A DNA stretch of 64,000 nucleotides from a bacterium (GCA_037143195.1 JBAWZD010000001.1:208892-272891); one strand, 5' to 3'. Shown: positions 30,189 to 40,299, numbered from the stretch's first letter. Numbers and translations are program-made. The notes: a model not told the origin generated them from the sequence alone.

Positions 30189-31280
30189 CTATGAGACGAG
30201 TGCGAGCACAATACCGAGCACTGCGCACAGCACTGCAAAAATCCAGTACCGCATGGTGACTTTTGCTGCTGGCCATCCACGAGCGAGAAAATGGTTGTGG
30301 AGTGGTGCGACCAAGAACACTTTTTTGCCATGGCGGAATCGTTTCGAGAGTAATTGAATAAGCACTGAAACAATCGTAAGAACGAGTGGAAGCGCGATCA
30401 CTGGAAGAAGGAGCACTTGTTTTGTAAGGAATGCGACAACGGTCAGTGTTGTGGTGAGCGCGACAGTTCCTGTCTCAGAGAGGAAAAAACGTGCGGGTGG
30501 AATGTTAAACCAAAGAAATACGAGTAGTCCCCCGACGACAACCATCGAGAATGCGGCAAGGTCGACTTGTCCTTGTGCATACGCGATGACAGCATATGCA
30601 GAAAACATGACCATAAAGACACCACCAGCTAGTCCGTCGACTCCATCGATGATACCTCCTGCGTACATCGAGAGCATGGTAAAAATAAAGAACGGTATAA
30701 AAAAGAATCCCAAATGCAAAAATCCACCGAACGGAATATCGATACCAGAAACGCCAAGCTTAAAATAAAACCACAGTGCTCCAATGAGCGACAGGAGAAA
30801 TACTGATACCAGACGGATTGTGAGTGACAATCCTCCTCCGACTGCCTTTCCTTTACCACCAACAACAAGCACATCGTCAATCATTCCGACGATTGCACCG
30901 GACATAAGTGTAAACAATGGAAGCCATGTTTGGTTGCGAGATAGATACGAAAGTTTTACTGCGTTTTGTGACGGGATGAGCATCGCGACAACGGCGAGCA
31001 ACATTGTCGTCAAAAGCACGCTCATCCAGACGATGATTCCACCCATACGAGGTGTTTTTCGATTTTCATCGTTGTGCAGCTTGTTTGAGATTGTCGCGTC
31101 CTTGCCGTCAATCGTTTTTGTAACACTCGTTTTTTTCCAGAGTTTCCATTCGTACAAAAAATGAGTCACGAGCGGAGTAATTCCCATTCCGATGATGAAG
31201 GCAATGACAGTCGGAATAAAAATTTTTACCGCGTCGTTCACTGTTGCGTGTGATTGAATGATTGTTGCAGTCGTTTGCAT
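30189..31280 (-). CDS. mraY: Phospho-N-acetylmuramoyl-pentapeptide transferase
   Basis: MraY motifs GGIIVW...MIDDVLVV...GLAGG...NHFLARGW. Confidence 0.92.
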   Translation of the reverse strand: MQTTATIIQSHATVNDAVKIFIPTVIAFIIGMGITPLVTHFLYEWKLWKKTSVTKTIDGKDATISNKLHNDENRKTPRMGGIIVWMSVLLTTMLLAVVAMLIPSQNAVKLSYLSRNQTWLPLFTLMSGAIVGMIDDVLVVGGKGKAVGGGLSLTIRLVSVFLLSLIGALWFYFKLGVSGIDIPFGGFLHLGFFFIPFFIFTMLSMYAGGIIDGVDGLAGGVFMVMFSAYAVIAYAQGQVDLAAFSMVVVGGLLVFLWFNIPPARFFLSETGTVALTTTLTVVAFLTKQVLLLPVIALPLVLTIVSVLIQLLSKRFRHGKKVFLVAPLHNHFLARGWPAAKVTMRYWIFAVLCAVLGIVLALVS

Positions 31281-31285
31281 AGGAA

Positions 31286-32587
31286 TTAGTTTGTTAGATA
31301 TTCGCGAACTGATTGTCTCACTATAGCACGTTCATCCCACGGGATCGCGCCAGAAGCAGTAATCATTGTTTGCTCAGCACCTTTGCCTGAAATAATCACA
31401 ACGTCTCCGGGTTTGCCCTGTTTGAGCGCTATCATGATTGCTTCTTTTCGATCGATGTTTTTAAAGAGGTTGTTGTTTACAATAAATCCTTCGTTTTCGG
31501 CCGTCGACACAAGCTCACTGATAAGTTTTTCAGGGTCTTCGTCGTACGGATCTTCGTTGGTAATAACAAGAACGTCAGATTTTTGAGTCGCGATGCGAAT
31601 CAACGGCTTGCGCGACTCACGACCTCCGCCGATGACTCCCGTAAGTAAAATGATTCTTCCCTGTGCTCCGCACAATTTGCGTGCAGAAGTAAGGAGCGCT
31701 CCCATACTTGCCGGCTCGTGCGCATAATCAATCAAAACTGAGAATGGTTGCCCTTCATCAATGAGCTCCATTCGTCCAGGAATAACGGCAAGCGTATCAA
31801 GCCCTTTTTGAATATCTTTGACCGAGACTCCGAGTACTGTCCCTACGACACAGGCTGGAAGTGCGTTGTACACATTAAACAATCCAGGGATTGATAAATG
31901 CATTTTTTCTCCTGATACGACAAACCGTGTTCCTGTTTTTTCCTCGATGATTGCTGTCGCGCGGATTTCACCTGAAGTGATACCGTAGGTGATTTTTTGA
32001 TCGGCAGGGAATGAAAGATAGTATTCTGAGTGCTCACTATCAGCGTTTGCGATGATGACGCGAGTAATTGTTTTGCCACCAATTATTTTTGCTGGATGAT
32101 TGAGTGCGTCACGAAATAGCGGTGCTTTGGCTTTTTTATATTCTTCAAAACTATTTCCATGCGACGCAAGATGCTCTGGTGTTAGATTTGTAAATACAGC
32201 AATGTCGACAGGAATGCCCAAGTGACGGTATTGCTTCATTCCTTCAGATGTCATTTCCATACACACGACAGTGATGCCTGCATCAAGCATTTCGCGCATT
32301 TTTTGCTGAATCAAAAATGGGTCAGGCATCGTCATGTGATATGGATTTGGTTCTTCGACTTCTCCAATGCGGAAATTCGCACTTGAAATCAAACCAGCTG
32401 AGTATCCACCAGCTGAAAGCACGCTCCATGTATAGTTGGCGGTGGATGTCTTGCCTTTTGTGCCAGTAATACCGACGACAATCATTTTTTCAGCCGGAAA
32501 TCCATACTGAAATGCTGCACTAAAACCGCGCATTCGATGATATGCGCGCTTCAACCATTCTGGGGCCTTTTGTTTGAGTGATTTCAT
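31286..32587 (-). CDS. Mur ligase family protein (MurE/MurF-like UDP-MurNAc-peptide ligase)
   Basis: Mur-ligase P-loop VVGITGTKGKTSTA, plus the central and C-terminal Mur ligase domains. Lies immediately upstream of mraY, the position usually held by murF. Confidence 0.8.
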   Translation of the reverse strand: MKSLKQKAPEWLKRAYHRMRGFSAAFQYGFPAEKMIVVGITGTKGKTSTANYTWSVLSAGGYSAGLISSANFRIGEVEEPNPYHMTMPDPFLIQQKMREMLDAGITVVCMEMTSEGMKQYRHLGIPVDIAVFTNLTPEHLASHGNSFEEYKKAKAPLFRDALNHPAKIIGGKTITRVIIANADSEHSEYYLSFPADQKITYGITSGEIRATAIIEEKTGTRFVVSGEKMHLSIPGLFNVYNALPACVVGTVLGVSVKDIQKGLDTLAVIPGRMELIDEGQPFSVLIDYAHEPASMGALLTSARKLCGAQGRIILLTGVIGGGRESRKPLIRIATQKSDVLVITNEDPYDEDPEKLISELVSTAENEGFIVNNNLFKNIDRKEAIMIALKQGKPGDVVIISGKGAEQTMITASGAIPWDERAIVRQSVREYLTN

Positions 32588-33561
32588 TTGCAGTTATTCG
32601 GTAATCCTTGCTCAGCTGTCGTATAGATGTTGGCGGCGTTGTACAAAGTGACAATATCAGAAAATCTGCCCAAAACCGTAGATCCGAGGACAACAGCTCC
32701 GAGGGTATGCCCTGTAGGGCCTTGCCAGAGAATGGCCAAATTGCCCCCAGCCGTATCAGTATACCCTGTTTTCGATGCCTTCAAAAGTGCCAATTTATTA
32801 AGCACCTGATCAGTATTTGTGAGCGAAATTGCGCGTCCACTTCGTGACCGAATCGTCGTCGACGGGATTGTTCCAAAAGAAAATACGTCGGGCATCTCAA
32901 GTGCGTCTCGATACAAAAGCGTGAGTATGTCGTGAGCGCTCCCCACCGCCGTTGGCTGATTGGTATCAGTATCAAGACCGCTCACACTGTCATAATGCAA
33001 AGTTGGTAACTGCAAATTTTGCGCCTCAAAATTCATTAGCGATATGAAATGACTTGGATCGAGCTTTGTACTTCGCGCGACCATCATCGCCGCGTTGTTT
33101 GACGATGCGATGAGTGTTGCTTTGATAATGTCTTTCAAAGAAAATACATCACCTGCAACGAAACCTGAATTCGCATCAAAGGTGATGTCTGCTGGTTTGA
33201 TTTGATACGTATCATCAAGTGATACCGACTTCAACGCAACGCGCACTGTCATTAGTTTGGTGAGCGAGGCAAGCGGAAGTGGCAGCGCATCGTTTTCAGT
33301 GTAGATAGGTCGATCCGTTGTGAAATCAAACACATTGACTGCATGAGCAAGCAACTTGCCCGAGATAGAGTCGAGAAGATTGCGCGAAAGAATCGTTTTC
33401 ATTTCGCGGCAGGCATTTTCTTGTTCGATTTTTTTGTGACCGTTTACGTTGAGTATCGCAACTGATCCCAAAAAAATAAGAATACAAAGATATTTAAGTA
33501 GTTGATTGTTCCCCGTTTTCTCCATTTGTTTCAATTTCTGCGCCGACTGATGCCTTGGCAA
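32584..33561 (-). CDS. Serine-type D-Ala-D-Ala carboxypeptidase (S11, PBP5/DacA-like)
   Basis: SxxK motif LASLTKLMT, plus SSN and KTG-like motifs. Has a signal peptide. The 5' end overlaps the scpB 3' end, so the true start is probably an internal Met. Confidence 0.8.
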   Translation of the reverse strand: MPRHQSAQKLKQMEKTGNNQLLKYLCILIFLGSVAILNVNGHKKIEQENACREMKTILSRNLLDSISGKLLAHAVNVFDFTTDRPIYTENDALPLPLASLTKLMTVRVALKSVSLDDTYQIKPADITFDANSGFVAGDVFSLKDIIKATLIASSNNAAMMVARSTKLDPSHFISLMNFEAQNLQLPTLHYDSVSGLDTDTNQPTAVGSAHDILTLLYRDALEMPDVFSFGTIPSTTIRSRSGRAISLTNTDQVLNKLALLKASKTGYTDTAGGNLAILWQGPTGHTLGAVVLGSTVLGRFSDIVTLYNAANIYTTAEQGLPNNCK

Positions 33562-34063
33562 GCTCTCCGTTGATACGTTCGTAGTCAGGCAGGCCCTTTA
33601 CATTTTCAGCACCAAGCGTTGCAAGTAATGCAACAGTTGGCGTGTACATGAATCGCTTTCTGTCTCGTGGATATACTTTGCGTTCGATGAGTCCTCGCAC
33701 GAGGAGCGAACGGAGAATGAATCCTGAGTTTACTCCACGGATGTAATCAATCTTGCCACGAGTCACCTCATCACCATACATGATGATCGAGAGCGTTTCG
33801 ATGGATGCTTTTGAAAGACCTTTACTCAGTTCTTCTTTATAAATTTTTTCCAGAACATTGCTCGCCTCTTTGTGTGTGCCGAGAGTAATTGAATCACCTG
33901 CTCGCATGACGACGATACCACGACCGTCCATCGACGCTTCGAGTTCGGCAATAGCATCGGCGGTCTCCTGTCCTCCGAGATTGAGTGCCTTTGCAAGCTC
34001 CACCAGCGTCCATGGTTCTGCGCGAGAAAACAAAAGTGCTTCAACAAGACTAGAATTTTTCAT
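33494..34063 (-). CDS. scpB: Segregation and condensation protein B
   Basis: LVEALLFSRAEPWTLVELAKAL and tandem winged-helix architecture. Lies downstream of scpA. Confidence 0.85.
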   Translation of the reverse strand: MKNSSLVEALLFSRAEPWTLVELAKALNLGGQETADAIAELEASMDGRGIVVMRAGDSITLGTHKEASNVLEKIYKEELSKGLSKASIETLSIIMYGDEVTRGKIDYIRGVNSGFILRSLLVRGLIERKVYPRDRKRFMYTPTVALLATLGAENVKGLPDYERINGELAKASVGAEIETNGENGEQSTT

Positions 34064-34065
34064 AC

Positions 34066-34818
34066 TTATACTTCTTGATTAGTTACTTTGCGTAATTCGA
34101 TATCTTCAAAATCAGTTGACTGCAGTGCGTCCATCATTCCTTGGCGGACAAGTTCGAGCATGGCAAGGAACGACACGATGACGTTACTCTTCATCGCCTC
34201 ACGATCAGATCCGGTGACAGTCTTTTGCCATTCACGAAACGAAATTCGTGATGCAGTCGCAACACGCTCCGCCAGACTTGAGAGCATTTCATCGATACTA
34301 ATAATCTTGCGAACTCGCACTTGTGGCAAAACTTCTTCTTTTGGAACACGTCCGATACATTCAAGCGCCGAGCTTGCAAGTTGTGCGGAAGACAAATTTG
34401 GATCAGGTGCAAACACTGCGGTGAATAGTTCACGCTCGACAGGTAATCGGATCGTTGTTTTTCCGTAGTGTTCGCTGAGCGACACACTAATCTCGCGAAT
34501 CATTGCATAGAGTGCGAGTCGTGATTCGAGGTCTTGAATATCTTGCTCTTCTTCTTTGGTTACAAGGAATCCGGGGAGCAATGAGCGACTCTTGATCAGA
34601 ATAAGTGTCGCAGCGATGGCGAGGAATGACGTCAGTTCAGTCAGATCATTTTTGGGCAAACTTCGCGCGAATGCGAGATAGTCATCGGTCACACCTGCAA
34701 GCGAGATTTCATTGATGAAGAGTTTCTTTCCTTCGACAAGATTGAGCAGAAGCTCGAGCGGGCCCTCGAAAGCGCTGGTTTTGACGGTATAGCTTGAGGC
34801 GACAGCTGTTTCTTCCAT
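34066..34818 (-). CDS. scpA: Segregation and condensation protein A
   Basis: FEGPLELLLNLVEGKKLFINEISLAGVTDDYLAF is the ScpA/kleisin N-terminus. Confidence 0.85.
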   Translation of the reverse strand: MEETAVASSYTVKTSAFEGPLELLLNLVEGKKLFINEISLAGVTDDYLAFARSLPKNDLTELTSFLAIAATLILIKSRSLLPGFLVTKEEEQDIQDLESRLALYAMIREISVSLSEHYGKTTIRLPVERELFTAVFAPDPNLSSAQLASSALECIGRVPKEEVLPQVRVRKIISIDEMLSSLAERVATASRISFREWQKTVTGSDREAMKSNVIVSFLAMLELVRQGMMDALQSTDFEDIELRKVTNQEV

Positions 34819-34933
34819 ATAATCTGCTATTTTAGACTATTTCCACCGTTCTCACAAACAGGTCACTAAATGTAATTATGCACAAAATCATTGACGTGCA
34901 CGGTAGAACTGCTACAGTATTCTCCATACCAAA

Positions 34934-36043
34934 ATGAATACATCAAACTTACTCAAAGATATTCTCAAAATCGCTTCTCTCTCAAGTCATGAGCGCAATC
35001 TCGCGGACTATCTTTTTACCAATTTGCTTGTTGTGGGATTGAAACCAATCAAGCACGAAGGCAATGTGTACGCACGAATTGCAGGCGTTGATACGACTCA
35101 AGCGGTCATTTTTAATGCACATATGGACACGGTATCTCCGGGCGCACTTTCGCTTTGGAAATTCCCTCCCTACGGCAAGGAGGGTGGAATCGAAATTGAC
35201 GGCAAGGCCTACGGACTCGGAGCAAGTGATGCAAAAGGTAGTCTTGCTTCCCTGCTCGTGCTCAGTGAGCAGTGCATGGCTTCACAACCAGCTATTGATG
35301 TCTGGATTGTGTTTGCATGCAAAGAAGAAACTGGTGGAGACGGAACAAAATCATTCCTTGCTTGGTTTACTGAAAAAAAGTGGCTCGAGAAATACACTGA
35401 AATTTCTGCCGTTGTTTGTGGACCAACAAACATGAAAGAAATTCACCTCGGGCACCGTGGTAACGTCCACGCCGAAATTACGGTGAACGGTGACGGAGGA
35501 CACGGATCACAACCTGAACTCATCAAGAAACATGCAATCCTCGAAGCGATGAAAATTGTCGACGAATTGAAGAAGCTTGAAATCGAACTCGGTCAAAAAT
35601 ATGCCGACGCAGTGCTTGGCAAACCTTCCATCGGTATTACTTCCATCCAAGCTGGTGACCCCATCGCACCAAACAAGTTTCCCGATACCTGTTCGTTCAC
35701 CGTTGATATCCGCACGACGCCGAGCCTTCACAAGAGTGCGTTTGAAATCGTTGAGAATCTTTGCAAGAAATCAGGTGCTCATGTTCGTGTGATTTACACG
35801 CCATCACCACCCGGACATACAGATCCAAAAGCAAAAATTGTTGTGTCCGCCAAAAAGCTTGTATCAAAAATTGGTCTTGCGAAGGATTCTACCGACCTCT
35901 GTTTCTTCTCTGAGATTGGCATCCCCGGCATAATTCTCGGCCCTGGCGATCAGGCTATCAGTCACAAACCAAATGAATATTGCGAGATTAAAATAGTTGA
36001 ACAGGCCACACAAGTATATCAAAAACTTATTCAATCACTGTAA
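34934..36043 (+). CDS. M20-family metallopeptidase (ArgE/DapE-like)
   Basis: Metal-binding motifs NAHMDTV and GASDAKG. Has the dimerisation-domain architecture. Confidence 0.85.
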   Translation: MNTSNLLKDILKIASLSSHERNLADYLFTNLLVVGLKPIKHEGNVYARIAGVDTTQAVIFNAHMDTVSPGALSLWKFPPYGKEGGIEIDGKAYGLGASDAKGSLASLLVLSEQCMASQPAIDVWIVFACKEETGGDGTKSFLAWFTEKKWLEKYTEISAVVCGPTNMKEIHLGHRGNVHAEITVNGDGGHGSQPELIKKHAILEAMKIVDELKKLEIELGQKYADAVLGKPSIGITSIQAGDPIAPNKFPDTCSFTVDIRTTPSLHKSAFEIVENLCKKSGAHVRVIYTPSPPGHTDPKAKIVVSAKKLVSKIGLAKDSTDLCFFSEIGIPGIILGPGDQAISHKPNEYCEIKIVEQATQVYQKLIQSL

Positions 36044-36057
36044 CTGCGACATACGTA

Positions 36058-36085
36058 GCAAAAATGACCCATTTGGGTCATTTTT
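36058..36085. terminator. Terminator hairpin after the M20 peptidase gene
   Basis: aaaaatgacccaaatgggtcatttttg is a perfect palindrome flanked by A and T runs. Confidence 0.55.
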
Positions 36086-36339
36086 GCGTTTGATCGAGAT
36101 GCTTACGCAGCTGTTTCAGGAGTTGTCTCGACAGGCGCTTCTGTTGTCGGTGTCTCAAGTGTCGCTTCTGGTGTCTCTACCGGTGTAGCGACTGGAGTCG
36201 TTGTTTCGTCTGTCATAGAATACTTCGTTCGTTAGTTACTAAGGTGCTTAGCGTAGCACCTATCACGCAGATGTCCTAACTTTTTCGAATCCACACAACT
36301 TTTGTTGACGACAGTGCTGTAGTTTGCTAAAGTAGCAGT

Positions 36340-36684
36340 ATGAACGGTTTCGAGAATAAGAAAACACAAAAACTCGTCGAAGCAGTACTTTCGCTCAAGA
36401 CGACCGCAGAAGCGGAACGTTTTTTGCGCGACCTGCTCACCGAGCCTGAGATTGCTGAATTTGGCAATCGCTACCGAGCCGCAGAAATGCTTACCGACAA
36501 GCTCCCCTACACGCAGATAGAAAAAGAGACCGGTTTGTCGTCGACAACTATCGCCCGCGTCTCAAAATGGCTCAACGCAGGCGGCGACGGCTACAAAGTC
36601 GTCATCGCTCGCCTCAACAAAAAGCATCACCATCATACTCCAACCCGTGTCGGGAAAGGATTGTCTTTGCGCAAGAAAAAATAG
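36340..36684 (+). CDS. TrpR-like YerC/YecD-family DNA-binding protein with His-rich basic tail
   Basis: TAEAERFLRDLLTEPEIAEFGNRYRAAEMLTDKLPYTQIEKETGLSSTTIARVSKWL matches the YerC/YecD Trp-repressor-like fold. C-terminus is KKHHHHTPTRVGKGLSLRKKK. Confidence 0.75.
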   Translation: MNGFENKKTQKLVEAVLSLKTTAEAERFLRDLLTEPEIAEFGNRYRAAEMLTDKLPYTQIEKETGLSSTTIARVSKWLNAGGDGYKVVIARLNKKHHHHTPTRVGKGLSLRKKK

Positions 36685-36700
36685 CTCTGCGCCGAAGCTA

Positions 36701-36733
36701 GCCCTGTCCCGATACTCGGGACAGGGCTTTAAA
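36701..36733 (+). terminator. Rho-independent terminator
   Basis: gccctgtcccgatactcgggacagggc followed by tttaaac. Confidence 0.6.
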
Positions 36734-36766
36734 CAATATTCATTCACATCATAAATAGAGAAACAC

Positions 36767-37342
36767 ATGTGTTACACAGCAACAAGTTGTAAATTTTCAA
36801 CTAACATAAACGATCATACGTGGAAGGAATACATAGTCGGTCCAAGCATCGACAGAACAAGACCCGTCGGGCCGTATTGCACAAAATGCTTGCAAACGAA
36901 AAATCAAATCGATCGGTTTCTGCATTTGCAGAAATATTTAAATCAGTCCGTAAAAAACCAAGAAATCTCGGAGCTGAAATCAATCGATAGTCTTAATGGG
37001 CAAAATGCGGACATGGTCACAAAATTTCTTATTGAGTATACCCGCACATATATGCTTACTGAGGATGATTACAAGTATGTTTCTGGATTTGTGCTACAAG
37101 CAGTACCCAGATGTTCAGATAGTTTTCTTGTTAACGAATACGAAAATCTTTTTATCTGGCACTGGAGAATTTTGGCACTAATTCAACCGCTATGGTTGAG
37201 TACCATTCGAGAAAGGTCAATTACTGGGCTCCTTTCGGAAAAAATTAAGGACAGTCGTTGGGTTGATAATAATTTTACAAAAATTATTCATCCCTCGATT
37301 ACTGGTCATGGTACAGCTGATCCGCAAGGATGTTACCACTAG
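36767..37342 (+). CDS. Hypothetical protein (ORFan by eye)
   Basis: 191-aa ORF in a lower-GC stretch with several Cys (CYTATSC, CTKC). No recognisable motif. Confidence 0.4.
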   Translation: MCYTATSCKFSTNINDHTWKEYIVGPSIDRTRPVGPYCTKCLQTKNQIDRFLHLQKYLNQSVKNQEISELKSIDSLNGQNADMVTKFLIEYTRTYMLTEDDYKYVSGFVLQAVPRCSDSFLVNEYENLFIWHWRILALIQPLWLSTIRERSITGLLSEKIKDSRWVDNNFTKIIHPSITGHGTADPQGCYH

Positions 37343-37491
37343 TTGTGCACAAATTACCGATAAACCCTGCACAACGCGGGGTTTATTATATTCTATTGTT
37401 AGGCTTTTGTTTTTTCACCGCTGAAAAAGCCGGTCGTCCTCTTGTCTTACCGAAAATAAAACAGCAAGAATGAATTATTTTATAACTGAAT

Positions 37492-38346
37492 ATGGAATTC
37501 AACCAATCAATGAAAGTGCTTTTCACTGATAACAATGAAGTCAGGCACGTCATCGGACAAATTCGTCCGCAAGAAAAAATACTCATTACATGCGAAGTTG
37601 TGTATGGGTTTGAGATACCGCTGAGTGTTCTTTCTTACATTGCACCAGTAATGAGACTCGCCTCGAACATATCTCAAGCTGAGGTAATCTTCGTAATGAA
37701 GCCTTACTTGTGCACCGGGTACTCACTCAGCGAGATGAAGTACGGTGGAATGCTCGTTAGCACGCATTTCACGCAGTACATTCACGAGTATTATCAAGAC
37801 ATTGAGCATCGGACCAGGATGGTGCTTGATAACGTATCGTTGTCACCGATAGCTCAGGAAAAAGTGTACGACTTCTCGAATGTCCCGACGGACGAGAAGG
37901 AATTTATAAACTGGATATTTCCGAATCGGCCGTATGACTTTGATAGAATCATTCGTGTAGACACTACGAATTCAAGCTTTCAGTGGCTACCTTACTTGAA
38001 TCAAATCGCCAAGTTTAGTCTGAAAACCTGTACAGTACATCAACTCATCGCACAAGTTGACCAAGATCCTAACGAGTATTCTCGTTGTCACGAAGCATCA
38101 ATCTATAATTCTCAATTATGCGAGTTATACCCGTATGGATTGCCGGACACGTTTCAAGATTTGTTTTTTCAGATTACGAAATTCAATTCTGAACATCAAC
38201 AATCACGATTGAACAAAAATTACACTATTTTATTGCAGGACTTTGCAAAAACTAGGATATTTTACCCCGAAGGACGGATAAATGAGCAAACTCTAGCTGA
38301 TGGCTATACCCAAATGCAAAAGTTTGCGAATAAATGGATAAAATAA
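37492..38346 (+). CDS. Hypothetical protein (ORFan by eye)
   Basis: 284-aa ORF, AT-rich codon usage, no recognisable family. Followed by a strong terminator. Confidence 0.4.
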   Translation: MEFNQSMKVLFTDNNEVRHVIGQIRPQEKILITCEVVYGFEIPLSVLSYIAPVMRLASNISQAEVIFVMKPYLCTGYSLSEMKYGGMLVSTHFTQYIHEYYQDIEHRTRMVLDNVSLSPIAQEKVYDFSNVPTDEKEFINWIFPNRPYDFDRIIRVDTTNSSFQWLPYLNQIAKFSLKTCTVHQLIAQVDQDPNEYSRCHEASIYNSQLCELYPYGLPDTFQDLFFQITKFNSEHQQSRLNKNYTILLQDFAKTRIFYPEGRINEQTLADGYTQMQKFANKWIK

Positions 38347-38365
38347 ACGAACGCTTTGAATTATA

Positions 38366-38397
38366 AAACCCGCACGATACAAATTGTGCGGGTTTTA
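38366..38397. terminator. Bidirectional terminator hairpin
   Basis: aaaacccgcacgatacaaattgtgcgggtttt. Confidence 0.6.
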
Positions 38398-38408
38398 ATC
38401 TGCGTGTC

Positions 38409-38651
38409 TTAACGATTGTGAACCGGAAAGGTAAATCCATCTACATCACGAGTATCAGGATTGCCGTCGGTGTCGACGTACTTGTCTTCGTCGTCTTCGT
38501 CGCTCTCGTCGTCATCATCGCTTGTGCGACGATTCCAATCATCGCCACCGGGAGCCTCTGGAGACAGGCCGGGTGCCGGTACTTCTTCACGTTCCGCACG
38601 AGGTGTGGTACGAGTGTCGATCAATTCAAAATAATCAGCGATTGTTTTCAT
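38409..38651 (-). CDS. Small highly acidic, probably disordered hypothetical protein, co-directional and 12 bp downstream of aspS
   Basis: 80 aa with a DDDDESDEDDEDKYVDTDGNPDTRD tract. Confidence 0.4.
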   Translation of the reverse strand: MKTIADYFELIDTRTTPRAEREEVPAPGLSPEAPGGDDWNRRTSDDDDESDEDDEDKYVDTDGNPDTRDVDGFTFPVHNR

Positions 38652-38662
38652 GCGTGTGTTTT

Positions 38663-40051
38663 TTACTTTCTAATTTGAATACTCAATTCGCGAAGTTGTT
38701 TTTCGGACACTTCACTCGGTGAGCCCATCATCAAATCTTTGCCTTCACCAGTCTTTGGGAATGCGATGACTTCACGAATGTTTGGTTCATTTTGGAGAAG
38801 CATGACGATGCGATCGATACCTTGCGCGCATCCGCCGTGTGGTGGTGCTCCATATTCAAACGCTTGCAACATGTGTCCGAATCGAGCCTCTATTGCATCT
38901 TGTGACAATCCGAGCAATTGGAAAATCTTGTTCTGCATTTCACGCTTGTGAATACGAATTGATCCTCCTCCAAGTTCATATCCGTTGAGCACGATGTCGT
39001 ACGCATTTGCACGCGCTTGGAGTGGCGCAGTGTCAAGGAGCTCGGCATCTTCGACTTTGACCGAGGTGAATGGATGGTGCACTGCTTGCACTCCCCCTTC
39101 ATCGTCTTTTTCAAACATTGGAAAATCAACGACCCAACAGAACGCAAGCTCATTCCGATCATCCTTGTTGACGCGCATGTCGGGCTTGTCGTTACCGTAT
39201 TTCTCCATTGATTCTGCGTACGTAATACGAGGGAACGGAATTTGTTGAATTTTCTTTTCAGGATACAGCGTCTGTACCATGGCAATATACATCGCCTCTG
39301 TGTACGAGATCACGTCTTCTTGCTCGACGAACGACAATTCGTAATCGAGCTGAGTGAATTCAGGCTGGCGATCTCCGCGGGTATCTTCATCACGCATACA
39401 TCGCGCAATCTGGAAATATTTTTCAAATCCAGCAACCATTGAGAGTTGTTTGAATTGCTGTGGAGATTGTGGCAAGACATAGAAATTGCCTGGAGAAAGT
39501 CGTGAAGGAATGACATACTCGCGTGATCCTTCAGGTGTGCCCTTGGTCATCATCGGAGTTTCGATTTCGATGAAATCGTTCTGATGCATGTACTCACGGA
39601 AAAACGTGATGATCTTGTCGCGCATGCGAATATTTTTCTGCATGCGCTCACTGCGAAGATCGAGATACTTGTACTTCATACGAATATCTTCGCCGACCTG
39701 CATGGTGTCTGTGTTCAATTCAAATGGTGGCGTTTCAGATTTGTTGAGCACTTGAATTCCGGTAACTTCAAGTTCTACGTCTCCTGATGGAATATTGGGA
39801 TTGATGTTTTTCTCCGGACGTTTGTTGACCTTGCCTTCGAGACGAAGCACCCATTCTGGACGGATTTCTTTTGCGATAGTGATCGCATCAGTATGCATCG
39901 GAAGAACGATACATTGAATGATTCCTTTCATATCACGCAAATCAAAGAAGACCATCTTGCCTTGGTCTCGTCGCACATCAACCCATCCTGCGAGTACGAC
40001 AGTCTCGCCAACTTTACCCGACAACTCACTCGTGTAAATTCTATCTCTCAT
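38663..40051 (-). CDS. aspS: Aspartyl-tRNA synthetase, short archaeal/eukaryal-type lacking the GAD insertion (likely non-discriminating)
   Basis: Class II motifs, the anticodon-binding OB fold and FFDLRD. About 462 aa from [10 protein letters not shown] (start set at 40051, since the listed ORF has a 36-aa atypical extension). Bacterial-type AspRS is about 590 aa. Confidence 0.88.
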   Translation of the reverse strand: MRDRIYTSELSGKVGETVVLAGWVDVRRDQGKMVFFDLRDMKGIIQCIVLPMHTDAITIAKEIRPEWVLRLEGKVNKRPEKNINPNIPSGDVELEVTGIQVLNKSETPPFELNTDTMQVGEDIRMKYKYLDLRSERMQKNIRMRDKIITFFREYMHQNDFIEIETPMMTKGTPEGSREYVIPSRLSPGNFYVLPQSPQQFKQLSMVAGFEKYFQIARCMRDEDTRGDRQPEFTQLDYELSFVEQEDVISYTEAMYIAMVQTLYPEKKIQQIPFPRITYAESMEKYGNDKPDMRVNKDDRNELAFCWVVDFPMFEKDDEGGVQAVHHPFTSVKVEDAELLDTAPLQARANAYDIVLNGYELGGGSIRIHKREMQNKIFQLLGLSQDAIEARFGHMLQAFEYGAPPHGGCAQGIDRIVMLLQNEPNIREVIAFPKTGEGKDLMMGSPSEVSEKQLRELSIQIRK

Positions 40052-40299
40052 ATTTCTTGCGCCGGAGGAGCAAACAAAAATCGCCTCTCCAAACGTATTA
40101 TTAGTAATACATTTGTAGGGGCGATGTTTGTCGCGGTGCCACCCTACTTTTCGACTCATTGAGCGCTATGACGGGCGCACCCGAAAAGGTCTACTGGCCA
40201 AAATCTATTGCGAGCTTTTGGTTTTCTTCTTTTTGCCTCGTCCGTGTCAGCGGAGTCGACGGCATACGCACTATACCACGCAAATTATAAACAGGAAAC

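Noticed and set aside
40052-40159. 36-aa N-terminal extension of the aspS ORF
   Set aside because: Atypical sequence ([21 protein letters not shown]...). AspRS normally starts close to MRxxYCGEL-like sequence, which is found at the internal Met.
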